Assembly: GCA_049619235.1 (NCBI GenBank)
Contig: JBMZMP010000001.1
Location: forward strand, 1-36,719
DNA length: 36,719 bases
Direction: 5' to 3'
Source: Thermoplasmatota archaeon
GTDB taxonomy: Archaea > Thermoplasmatota > E2 > JACPAO01 > JAHFTW01
Shown here: positions 16,214 to 23,775 of the stretch, piece by piece
Numbering within the stretch: position 1 is the first letter of the stretch
Layout of the letters: each line of letters starts with the position of its first letter
Notes under the pieces: model-generated
Told to the model about the DNA's origin: nothing
Database searches by the model: none
The model's input: the letters and a program-made list of their open reading frames with translations, nothing else
Translations under genes and position numbers: made by a program

Positions 16214-17774
16214 CATCAACAAAATTCTCGTTGCCAACCGCGGCGAAATCGCCCTTCGCGTAATGCGAACCGCCCGCGAACTCGGAATTGCAACCGTCGC
16301 CGTCCACAGCCCCGTGGACGCCAAGGCTGCCCACGTGCGCTTCGCCGACGAAGCCGTGGATCTTGGCGGCGACGCCGCATCCGAGAACTACCTCAACATC
16401 GACAAATTGGTCGAAGTTTGCAGCGACCACGGCGTGGACGCCGTGCACCCCGGCTACGGTTTCCTCAGCGAACGAGACGACTTCGTGGACGCACTTAGCA
16501 AAGCCAACGTCACATTCATCGGCCCACCCGCAAGCGCCATCCGAATCCTTGGGGACAAAGTGGCCAGCAAGGAAGCGGCCCGCAAGGCCGGCGTGCCCGT
16601 GGTTCCCGGCCTTGACAAATTCATCAACACCGTGGACGAGGCGAAGGAAGTGGCGGAGCTCACCGGTTACCCGCTCATCATCAAAGCCGCATTCGGTGGC
16701 GGCGGCATGGGCATGCTCGTGGTGGAGAAAGAGGAAGACCTGGAAGCTTCCCTCATCGCCACGCAACGGCAAGCCAAAGCCGCCTTTGGCCGCGGCGAAG
16801 TGTTCATTGAGAAATTCATTGGGCGCCCCCGTCACATCGAATTCCAAATGGTTGCTGACCAACACGGCCACGCCGTGCACTTCGGGGAACGGGAATGCAG
16901 CATCCAACGCCGCCACCAGAAACTCATCGAAGAAGCGCCAAGCCCCATTGTCACGGAAGAGGAACGGCAAGAAGTTGGTGGCAGCGTCGCCAAATTGCTC
17001 ATCGACGTGGGCTACACCAACGCGGGCACCGCTGAATTCCTGTACGAAGATGGCAACTTCTTCTTCAACGAAGTCAACACCCGCCTGCAAGTGGAACACC
17101 CTGTCACGGAGCAGGTGTACGGCATGGACCTCGTGGCGGAGCAAATCCGCATCGCCCGCGGCGAGGAACTCGGCTACGACCAAGCATGGGTGAATGCCCG
17201 CAAGCGCGGCTGGAGCATCGAGTGCCGCATCAACGCCGAGGACCCCGCGCAGAACTTCATGCCCACCCCAAGCCTCGTCAAGCGACACAACCCCCCCATG
17301 GGCAGCGGCATCCGCTTGGACACGTTCCTCTACCCCGGATTCCAAGTGCCAGCCATTTACGACTCCATGGTCGCCAAACTGATCACCACCGGCAGCGACC
17401 GCGCCGAAGCCATTCGCAAAATGGAACGCGCCCTCGACGAATACGACCTCGGAGACATGACCACCAACAAGGAACTCCACGCGCTCCTCATGCGCAACGA
17501 ACATTTCCGCGCCGGTGACATGACCACGAAGTTCCTCGACGAACACGGCATCATTGACCAATACCTCGGCAACCAAGCCGGCGCAAGCGACGCAGCAAAG
17601 CGCCGCCTCGCTGCCATCGCCGCGGTGCTGGCCGAACAACCCGGCGGCATCGACGCCATGGTTGCAAAGAACTACGGGTTCAAGGCTGGCGTGGGCGTGG
17701 ACGAACACGGCCGCAGAAAGCTCAACGCATGGGGCCAACGGTCTCGCGGCGAAAGCAACGGAAGGTGGGCCTAA
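16206..17774 (+). CDS. accC: Biotin carboxylase subunit of acyl-CoA carboxylase
   Basis: 522 aa. Motifs seen: ILVANRGEIALRVMRTARELGI, HPGYGFLSE, YPLIIKAAFGGGGMGM, HIEFQMVADQHG, ERECSIQRRHQKLIEE and EVNTRLQVEHPVTE. The start overlaps the bioY stop by 8 nt, and GGTGA (16198-16202) lies upstream. Confidence 0.92.
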   Translation: MTDINKILVANRGEIALRVMRTARELGIATVAVHSPVDAKAAHVRFADEAVDLGGDAASENYLNIDKLVEVCSDHGVDAVHPGYGFLSERDDFVDALSKANVTFIGPPASAIRILGDKVASKEAARKAGVPVVPGLDKFINTVDEAKEVAELTGYPLIIKAAFGGGGMGMLVVEKEEDLEASLIATQRQAKAAFGRGEVFIEKFIGRPRHIEFQMVADQHGHAVHFGERECSIQRRHQKLIEEAPSPIVTEEERQEVGGSVAKLLIDVGYTNAGTAEFLYEDGNFFFNEVNTRLQVEHPVTEQVYGMDLVAEQIRIARGEELGYDQAWVNARKRGWSIECRINAEDPAQNFMPTPSLVKRHNPPMGSGIRLDTFLYPGFQVPAIYDSMVAKLITTGSDRAEAIRKMERALDEYDLGDMTTNKELHALLMRNEHFRAGDMTTKFLDEHGIIDQYLGNQAGASDAAKRRLAAIAAVLAEQPGGIDAMVAKNYGFKAGVGVDEHGRRKLNAWGQRSRGESNGRWA

Positions 17775-18277
17775 TGCGGTACGCATTCCGACTGGGGCAA
17801 CACACCCACAAATTGACGCGCCAAGAACGCGCCGAGGGGCCCCTGTACAAGATTGAAGAATCCGAGTACGAACCCGCTGTGGAAGCCAAAGGCAACGGCA
17901 GCTACCGCGTGGTCGTGGACGATCAAGTCTTCGAGTTCTCCCTAAAAGACGGTGTCCTCTACGAAGGCGCCAGCCCACTGGACTTGGAAATTAGCCGCGC
18001 CAAGCCGGAACTGATTCGCGCCGGCGGCAAAGGCCGCAAAGGCGACGGACGCATCAAACCCCCGATGCCGGGCAAGATTGTGGAAGTGCCAGTCAAGGAA
18101 GGTGACGAAGTCCAAGAGGGCCAAGTGGTCATCATCTTGGAAGCCATGAAGATGCAAAACGACATCAAGGCGCCCTTCGGAGGCATCGTCCAAAAGGTGC
18201 ACGTGCAGGAAGGTTCGAACGTGGAAGCAACCACCGTCATGGTAGACATTGCTCCCCACGCGGAGCCCGAAGCATGA
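17774..18277 (+). CDS. accB: Biotin carboxyl carrier protein (biotinyl domain)
   Basis: ORF 17729-18277 was trimmed to ATG 17774, which overlaps the accC stop (TAATG). The C-terminus PMPGKIVEVPVKEGDEVQEGQVVIILEAMKMQNDIKAPFGGIVQKVHV carries the EAMKM biotinylation motif. Confidence 0.8.
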   Translation: MRYAFRLGQHTHKLTRQERAEGPLYKIEESEYEPAVEAKGNGSYRVVVDDQVFEFSLKDGVLYEGASPLDLEISRAKPELIRAGGKGRKGDGRIKPPMPGKIVEVPVKEGDEVQEGQVVIILEAMKMQNDIKAPFGGIVQKVHVQEGSNVEATTVMVDIAPHAEPEA

Positions 18278-19038
18278 GTGTGGACGTCGCCATCGAAGGC
18301 CGCGTGGCCACCATCACCATCAACCGCCCCGAGGCGCTCAACGCCCTCAACAGTGCAACCCTCGACGCCATCGGCGCGGCGGCGCTGGATCTACGGGACA
18401 AAGTGGACGGCATTCTTCTCACCGGTGCCGGCAAGGCCTTCGTGGCCGGTGCCGACATCGCCGAAATGAAGGACTATGGCCAGGAAGAAGCCGAAGCCTT
18501 CAGCCGGCGCGGCCAAGAGGCCTTCCAAAATCTCTCCGAATTCCCCGGCCCCGTGGTCGTTGCCATCAACGGATTCGCCCTCGGCGGCGGACTGGAATTG
18601 GCCCTCTCGGGGGACATCCTCGTTGCAAGCAACCGCGCCAAACTAGGTCTCCCTGAAACCACGCTTGCAGTGGTCCCTGGCTTCGGCGGAACGCAGCGCT
18701 TGCCCCGCCGCGTGGGCCCAGGCAATGCCAAGAAACTCTTGTTCACGGGCGGCATGATTGGCGCCGAAGAGGCGCTCCGTATGGGCCTCGTGGACGAAGT
18801 GGTGGAACCAGATGAACTGCTGGAAACCTGCCAAGGAATTTTGCAAAAGGCCCTCGCCAATGGACCCCTTGCGGTTCGGCAAGTGAAGCGCCTCGTGGAC
18901 GTTGGCTCGGACATGGAGCTCCTCGACGCCATCGACATGGAAGCAGACGCATTCGGCGACATCTTCACCACTGAGGATCAAAAGGAAGGAATGGAAGCGT
19001 TCCTTTCCAAGCGGAAGCCGGATTTCACTGGCAATTAG
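18274..19038 (+). CDS. Enoyl-CoA hydratase (crotonase family)
   Basis: 254 aa. Motifs seen: ITINRPEALNAL, LTGAGKAFVAGADI, INGFALGGGLELAL and LGLPETTLAVVPGFGGTQRL, with both catalytic Glu positions present. ATGA overlap with accB. Confidence 0.88.
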   Translation: MSVDVAIEGRVATITINRPEALNALNSATLDAIGAAALDLRDKVDGILLTGAGKAFVAGADIAEMKDYGQEEAEAFSRRGQEAFQNLSEFPGPVVVAINGFALGGGLELALSGDILVASNRAKLGLPETTLAVVPGFGGTQRLPRRVGPGNAKKLLFTGGMIGAEEALRMGLVDEVVEPDELLETCQGILQKALANGPLAVRQVKRLVDVGSDMELLDAIDMEADAFGDIFTTEDQKEGMEAFLSKRKPDFTGN

Positions 19039-19055
19039 AACGCCGTTGATTGCGG

Positions 19056-19070
19056 GATTGCGTAGCAATC
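19056..19070. terminator. Short hairpin (GATTGC-gta-GCAATC) between convergent genes
   Basis: Perfect 6-bp stem in the 43-nt spacer between the crotonase stop (19038) and the Zn-ribbon gene stop (19082). A T4 run follows at 19085-19088. This is a weak structure. Confidence 0.25.
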
Positions 19071-19081
19071 GTGCTTGCGGC

Positions 19082-19621
19082 CTATTTTCCGAATAAGCTC
19101 GGCAAGTGAATGAGGTACGCCCCGTCTTTGTGAACGACGATGGGGTTCTTCTCAAGGAGCCCCTTCACGTCGATGTCGTACTCGCCGGTTTCCCCAATGG
19201 TCACAGTGTCGGGCTTGTCGTCCATTTCCGTTTCGGACAAGATGGCTTCCCGGGCGCGCCTTGCGGCTTCAATGCGGGCGGGGCTGTTCACGGGCTCGTC
19301 TTCGATGCGGGGTCCGCGGGACTTTTGTTCTTGTTGGACTTGCTTCATGATTTTGCGCAAGTCCTTGGGCTTCAATTCCGCCCATCCGTCGCCGTCCGCT
19401 TCCAGTTCCTTCGCTGTTTCGGGTGCCGTGTTTTGCAGGAGGTCTGCGACCACTTTGCGGAGGTCGTTTTGTGCTTGGCCTTGGATGCGTTCCCGTTCTT
19501 CCTGGCTCACTTCCGTGGCGCTGTAAAAGAACCGGGTTCCCTTGCATTCGGGGCAGCCGCTCAGGAGCGCGCTGCTGCCTTCTTCAAAGGAAAATCCACA
19601 AGACAAGCACTGATGAGGCAC
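19082..19621 (-). CDS. Zn-ribbon protein (DUF2072/COG3364-like), conserved archaeal
   Basis: The N-terminus MPHQCLSCGFSFEEGSSALLSGCPECKGTRFFY has CxxC...CxxC. An acidic, charged middle region follows. It is linked to the DUF2073 and GTPase genes. Confidence 0.6.
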   Translation of the reverse strand: MPHQCLSCGFSFEEGSSALLSGCPECKGTRFFYSATEVSQEERERIQGQAQNDLRKVVADLLQNTAPETAKELEADGDGWAELKPKDLRKIMKQVQQEQKSRGPRIEDEPVNSPARIEAARRAREAILSETEMDDKPDTVTIGETGEYDIDVKGLLEKNPIVVHKDGAYLIHLPSLFGK

Positions 19622-19719
19622 TATGCATCACTCCGCGACGCATCGCACCTCATCATCCGACAACCTGCGGTTGCCTGGAGAAAAGCACGCTTCGCGTCCG
19701 TGTCTCCTTGACGCGGCAT

Positions 19720-20097
19720 TTACTTGCCCACCAGTTTTGTGACAATCTTTTCGTCGTCTTTGCTGACCAGTTTGAGGAGGTCTGCGGGGCCGATGACGGC
19801 CATGCGTGGGCGGCTGCCCATGACGGCGCGTTGGAGGAAGTTTTTGCCTTCTTCCATGCCGTAGGATTGCAATTCGATGCCGATGAAGCTGTCTTGGTCA
19901 ATGACCCGCATGGTTTCCGCGATGAGGTCCGCTTCTTCCTGGGGCGTGAGGCCCCGTTCGAGGATCAGGATTTTGCCCTTCGTGACTTCCTTCAAGATGA
20001 AGGCAATTTTCTCGGTTCCCGCCATGGATTCCATTTTCTCCATGGAGATGAGGTGAATCTTTGGGAAGCTTTTCTTGGTTTGACTCTTTTGTCCCAT
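19720..20097 (-). CDS. Conserved archaeal protein, DUF2073-like
   Basis: 125 aa. KIAFILKEVTKGKILILERGLTPQEEADLIAETMRVID..FIGIEL resembles the DUF2073 pattern. It lies 4 nt downstream of the GTPase gene. Confidence 0.5.
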   Translation of the reverse strand: MGQKSQTKKSFPKIHLISMEKMESMAGTEKIAFILKEVTKGKILILERGLTPQEEADLIAETMRVIDQDSFIGIELQSYGMEEGKNFLQRAVMGSRPRMAVIGPADLLKLVSKDDEKIVTKLVGK

Positions 20098-20101
20098 GGT
20101 T

Positions 20102-20740
20102 TCACCTGAAGTGTTTTGCCATGACCTCGTAGAGGGCGTCCATGTTCGAGCCTTCGCCGGCGCTCACTGGCACGACGGGGTGCTGTGGGAACGCGGTCTT
20201 GATGGTTGCCGGGGATGCCTCGGGGAGGTCCACTTTGTTGGCAACGATGATGACGGGGAGCTTGCGGGCTTCCAAGTTTCCAAGGATGGTGATGTTCACT
20301 TGGTTGAAGGGGTCCTCTGCTGCGTCCATGACGAGCAGGACGCCGTCCACTTCTTCGAGCCAGCGAATGGCTTCGATGACGCCCTCCGTGGCTTCCTTGG
20401 CGCGGCGGCGTGCTTCGGCTTCGTCCATGCCGTGGTCTTCGACGAATTCGTGGAAGTCAATTTGCGTGGCGACGCCGGGGGTGTCGATGATGTCCATGTG
20501 GAGCTTGGCATTGCCTGCTTTGAGGTCAATGTCTTGCTTCTTGCGGACGCGGCGGGTTTCGTGCGCGATGGGACTGGCGCTTCCGACGGTTTCACCCGTG
20601 AAGTCGCGGGCGATGCGGTTTGCAAGCGTGGTTTTGCCGGCGTTTGGAGGGCCGTAAATGCCCACGCGGGCGTGTTTCTTGCCAAAGACGCCTTTGAGCA
20701 ACTTGCCCAGGCTCTTTCCGAAGAGGTCAGCGAGTGCCAT
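20102..20740 (-). CDS. Small GTP-binding protein (Era/Arf-like archaeal GTPase)
   Basis: G1 GPPNAGKT, G3 DTPG, G4 NKVD and G5 SAG are present in the canonical order. 212 aa. Confidence 0.8.
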   Translation of the reverse strand: MALADLFGKSLGKLLKGVFGKKHARVGIYGPPNAGKTTLANRIARDFTGETVGSASPIAHETRRVRKKQDIDLKAGNAKLHMDIIDTPGVATQIDFHEFVEDHGMDEAEARRRAKEATEGVIEAIRWLEEVDGVLLVMDAAEDPFNQVNITILGNLEARKLPVIIVANKVDLPEASPATIKTAFPQHPVVPVSAGEGSNMDALYEVMAKHFR

Positions 20741-20870
20741 TAGGCTGCCTCCAATGCGTGCGATTCCATCCAGTTTCCAACAGATGAGATTGGGCGATAA
20801 AGGCTCCGCAACGAACGGGAGGCGGGCCGGAAGCCAAGCATACTAAGGCAGATGACCGAAATGAGCCGGT

Positions 20871-21956
20871 ATGAACGACGTGGTTGCCCTTCGGCACGAA
20901 TTGCACCGGTTGGCGGAAACCTCTGGAAACGAGGCGGCAACGTCGGCCCATTTGCAGGCGTGGCTGTCGGCGCGCGGCGTGGACGTGGTCGAAACCGGCA
21001 TCGGTGGCGAGGGTTTTCTTGCAAAAGTGGGGGAACCCAATCGCTTGTTCCGCGCCGACCTGGATGCCCTGCCCCTTGCCGAAGCCACGGGGGTTTCCTA
21101 TGCCGCTGAGAATGCGCATCATGCCTGCGGACACGACGGCCACATGGCCATGCTGGCCGGAGCGCTTTCGAAGATGGCCGTAGATGGTGGTTCCGCGTTT
21201 GGATTGTTTCAGCCGGCAGAGGAAACCGGTGAAGGGGCCCTCGCTTGCCTCGCGGACGCGTCGGTTGCAAACTTACCCGTAAAGCATTGCTTCGCCATTC
21301 ACAACTTGCCCGGACTGCCCTTGGGTGCTGTTTCCGTCGCGGACGGGACGGCTGCGGTTGCCAGTGAAGGGCTCCGATTGGACTTCACCGGCGCCTCAAG
21401 CCACGCGGCGGAACCGTTTGCCGGGCGCTCCCCGGTTGCCGCCGTTGCGAGCCTTGCACTTTTTGCCCAGGGGCTCCCGAACCAAGTGTTGCCCTTTGAC
21501 GAGGGGGCACTTGCGACCGTGGTGGGCATGCAATCGGGTGGCGAACGATACGGAACCAGCCCCGGCGAAGGGCAATTGTTTGTGACGCTCCGCGCAGGCT
21601 CCGATGCCGCCGTGCAGACGCTCAGGGAGGGCCTCGTTCAGCACGCAAAAGGCCTCGCCGAAGGCTGCGGCTTGACGCTGCAATGGACCCAAATTGAACC
21701 TTTCCCGGCCACCAGGAACGATTCCACGGCCGTGGCACTTGCTCGTGATGCAGCCAAGCGCGCCGGCTGCGAAGTGATTGCGCCACAAACCGCTCCTTGG
21801 TCCGAGGACTTTGGCCATTTCACTTCCAAGTGGCCCGGCGCGTTGGTGCTCCTTGGCGCAGGGGTATCACAGCCCGCGCTGCACGCCCCGACCTACGACT
21901 TCCCGGATGCCTTGCTGGAACGGGGCGTGCAATTTTGGTGGGAGTTGGCCCAATGA
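20871..21956 (+). CDS. M20 family amidohydrolase / peptidase (N-acyl-amino acid amidohydrolase-like)
   Basis: 361 aa. Motifs seen: LRHELHRLAETSGNE, FRADLDALPL and HACGHDGHMAMLAGA, the metal-binding motifs of M20D enzymes. Confidence 0.78.
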   Translation: MNDVVALRHELHRLAETSGNEAATSAHLQAWLSARGVDVVETGIGGEGFLAKVGEPNRLFRADLDALPLAEATGVSYAAENAHHACGHDGHMAMLAGALSKMAVDGGSAFGLFQPAEETGEGALACLADASVANLPVKHCFAIHNLPGLPLGAVSVADGTAAVASEGLRLDFTGASSHAAEPFAGRSPVAAVASLALFAQGLPNQVLPFDEGALATVVGMQSGGERYGTSPGEGQLFVTLRAGSDAAVQTLREGLVQHAKGLAEGCGLTLQWTQIEPFPATRNDSTAVALARDAAKRAGCEVIAPQTAPWSEDFGHFTSKWPGALVLLGAGVSQPALHAPTYDFPDALLERGVQFWWELAQ

Positions 21957-23122
21957 GCCCCAACATGGAAGCCTCGGTGCAGGCATGTGGCTCCTGGATT
22001 GAACTGGATGCGTCGGCACTCCGGCACAACCTCTCGGTCCTGCGCGAAGAAATGGCCCCCGCGGCCCTTTGCATGGTGGTAAAAGCCAACGCGTACGGCC
22101 ACGGCTACAGCCCCATGGTCGAAATGGCAGAAGCGGCGGGGCAGCGGCTTTTTGCCGTCTTTAGCGCCCGTGAAGCGGCCGGTTTTTACCGGGCCAGCGA
22201 CGGCCAAAGCCGGCTCATGGTCATGGGGTACACCCACGATGCCGACGTGCCCTGGCTGCTTGGCCGGAACGCCGAGTTCTGGGTGAACGACCCGGAGGAC
22301 GTTGCCAAGTTCGCAGCGCACGCGGAAGCGACAAACGCCGTTGGGAGGGTCCATTTGGAAGTGGAGACCGGAATGAACCGAACGGGCGTCCCTTTGCAGG
22401 ATGCCTTTGAGCTGGCAGAACGCATCCACGCGCACCCCAACCTGGAACTGCAAGGCGTCTGCACCCACTTGGCCGGCGCCGAGGACCGCGCCAACCTACC
22501 AAGGCTCTCCAAGCAACGGGAACGCTTCGAAGCATTCGTCGGGCAACTCCGCGACGCGGGGCTCGAAGTGGAAGCCCACTTGTCCAGCAGTGCTTCTGCA
22601 ATCCTTGATGAAGCGAGTCGCTACGACTTGGTTCGCACCGGCATCGCTTGCTACGGGCACTGGCCAAGCACCCAGGTGCGCGAGCAACGAGAGAAGAAGT
22701 TCACGTTGAAACGCGTCATGAGCTGGAAGAGCGTGGTGATGTCCGTTCACGACGTCCGGGACGGAGACATGGTCGGTTACGGCGGCAGCTTCGAAGCGGA
22801 AGGCGACACCAAGGTCGCCGTGGTGCCAGTTGGCTACGTGGATGGGCTCGCAAGGGACCTCTCAAATCGAGGCCACGTCCTCATTGATGGTCGCCGAGCC
22901 AGCATCGTCGGCCCCGTGAACATGAACATGATGCAAGTGCACGTGAGCCACATTCCAGACATTTCCCCCGGCGACGAAGTGGTCCTCATCGGCAACTCAG
23001 GCAACCGGGAAATCGGCGTCAGCAGCTTCGCCGACTTCAGCGGCAGCATGACGTACGAAATGATGGCCCGGTTGAGCGTGGAAATTCCCCGCATCGTGAA
23101 AGGGGAGGCGACGCCTGGATGA
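21953..23122 (+). CDS. alr: Alanine racemase
   Basis: ORF 21797-23122 was trimmed to ATG 21953 (ATGA overlap with the M20 stop). Motifs seen: VVKANAYGHG (PLP-Lys), THLAGAED, PVGYVDGL and MTYEMMARL. Confidence 0.85.
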   Translation: MSPNMEASVQACGSWIELDASALRHNLSVLREEMAPAALCMVVKANAYGHGYSPMVEMAEAAGQRLFAVFSAREAAGFYRASDGQSRLMVMGYTHDADVPWLLGRNAEFWVNDPEDVAKFAAHAEATNAVGRVHLEVETGMNRTGVPLQDAFELAERIHAHPNLELQGVCTHLAGAEDRANLPRLSKQRERFEAFVGQLRDAGLEVEAHLSSSASAILDEASRYDLVRTGIACYGHWPSTQVREQREKKFTLKRVMSWKSVVMSVHDVRDGDMVGYGGSFEAEGDTKVAVVPVGYVDGLARDLSNRGHVLIDGRRASIVGPVNMNMMQVHVSHIPDISPGDEVVLIGNSGNREIGVSSFADFSGSMTYEMMARLSVEIPRIVKGEATPG

Positions 23123-23775
23123 GCCTGGTCGCGCGGTCGGATTCGGTCACGGCGCGGGTGCGGGACTACGTGGCAAGCCACGCGGTGGTCCGAGACTGCC
23201 TTGCCATGGACTTGGCGAACCTCTCCGCACTTCGGCGGCGCATCTGTGAAGAAGAATCCATTGACCACCCGGATGCGGTCTTGAGCGCCTTGCGACGCAT
23301 TCGCAAAGAATTGTCAGATCCAACGGACGCGTCACTGGTCAACGCGCATCTTGCCGAAAGCAGGCTCGAAGTGCGAACTGGGGTGGGCACGTTGTCGTTC
23401 CACCCGGACTGGGTTTGGTTGGGTGAACTGGCCAACAAGATTGCGGCGCTCCCCGGCCATGAGCGGGTGCACTTGTACCACGGATGGGAGGCGTTGTTGG
23501 TTGTGGGAGAAGAGGCAGTTCTGGATGATCTTGTCCAAATGGCTGGCCGAAACCCGCCCTTTGAACGACAGGCTGGCCTTGCAGAGATCAACGTGCAAAC
23601 ACCGGACCCATTGGCGGATGTGCCGGGGTTCATCGCCCACGTGAGTAGCAATTTGGCCCGCCGGGGCATCCGCATCGTCGATCTATCCACCTGTAGGCGG
23701 GACCACGTTTTCTTGATTGAGGAGTCGGATTTGCCGGAGGCGCTTGCGGCGCTTCAGATCGTCACGGAGTCTTGA
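23119..23775 (+). CDS. Hypothetical protein with C-terminal ACT-like domain (putative amino-acid-responsive regulator)
   Basis: ATGA overlap with the alr stop. The C-terminus VPGFIAHVSSNLARRGIRIVDLSTCRRDHVFLIEESDLPEALAAL looks like an ACT fold. The N-terminal part was not recognised. Confidence 0.4.
   Translation: MSLVARSDSVTARVRDYVASHAVVRDCLAMDLANLSALRRRICEEESIDHPDAVLSALRRIRKELSDPTDASLVNAHLAESRLEVRTGVGTLSFHPDWVWLGELANKIAALPGHERVHLYHGWEALLVVGEEAVLDDLVQMAGRNPPFERQAGLAEINVQTPDPLADVPGFIAHVSSNLARRGIRIVDLSTCRRDHVFLIEESDLPEALAALQIVTES

Noticed and set aside
16152-17978. 608-aa minus-strand ORF antisense to accC
   Set aside because: It is a shadow ORF. The plus strand encodes a complete biotin carboxylase with all ATP-grasp motifs.
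4671-19070. Mobile-element genes (integrase, transposase, tRNA attachment site) at the edges of the megasynthase operon
   Set aside because: None was found in the window. Only the 10-nt direct repeat is present, and that is reported as a low-confidence finding rather than as a mobile element.
19106-20743. Plus-strand ORFs 19106-19711 and 20096-20743
   Set aside because: They are antisense shadows of the Zn-ribbon protein and the GTPase. The minus-strand translations carry the CxxC pairs and the G1-G5 motifs.
20796-20849. TATA-like words (CTTTATCG on the minus strand at 20796-20803; ATACTAAG at 20840-20847) in the divergent GTPase / M20 spacer
   Set aside because: They match a TATA consensus poorly, and the spacing for the minus-strand gene is inconsistent (about 56-63 nt from its start). 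This is too weak to annotate as promoters.
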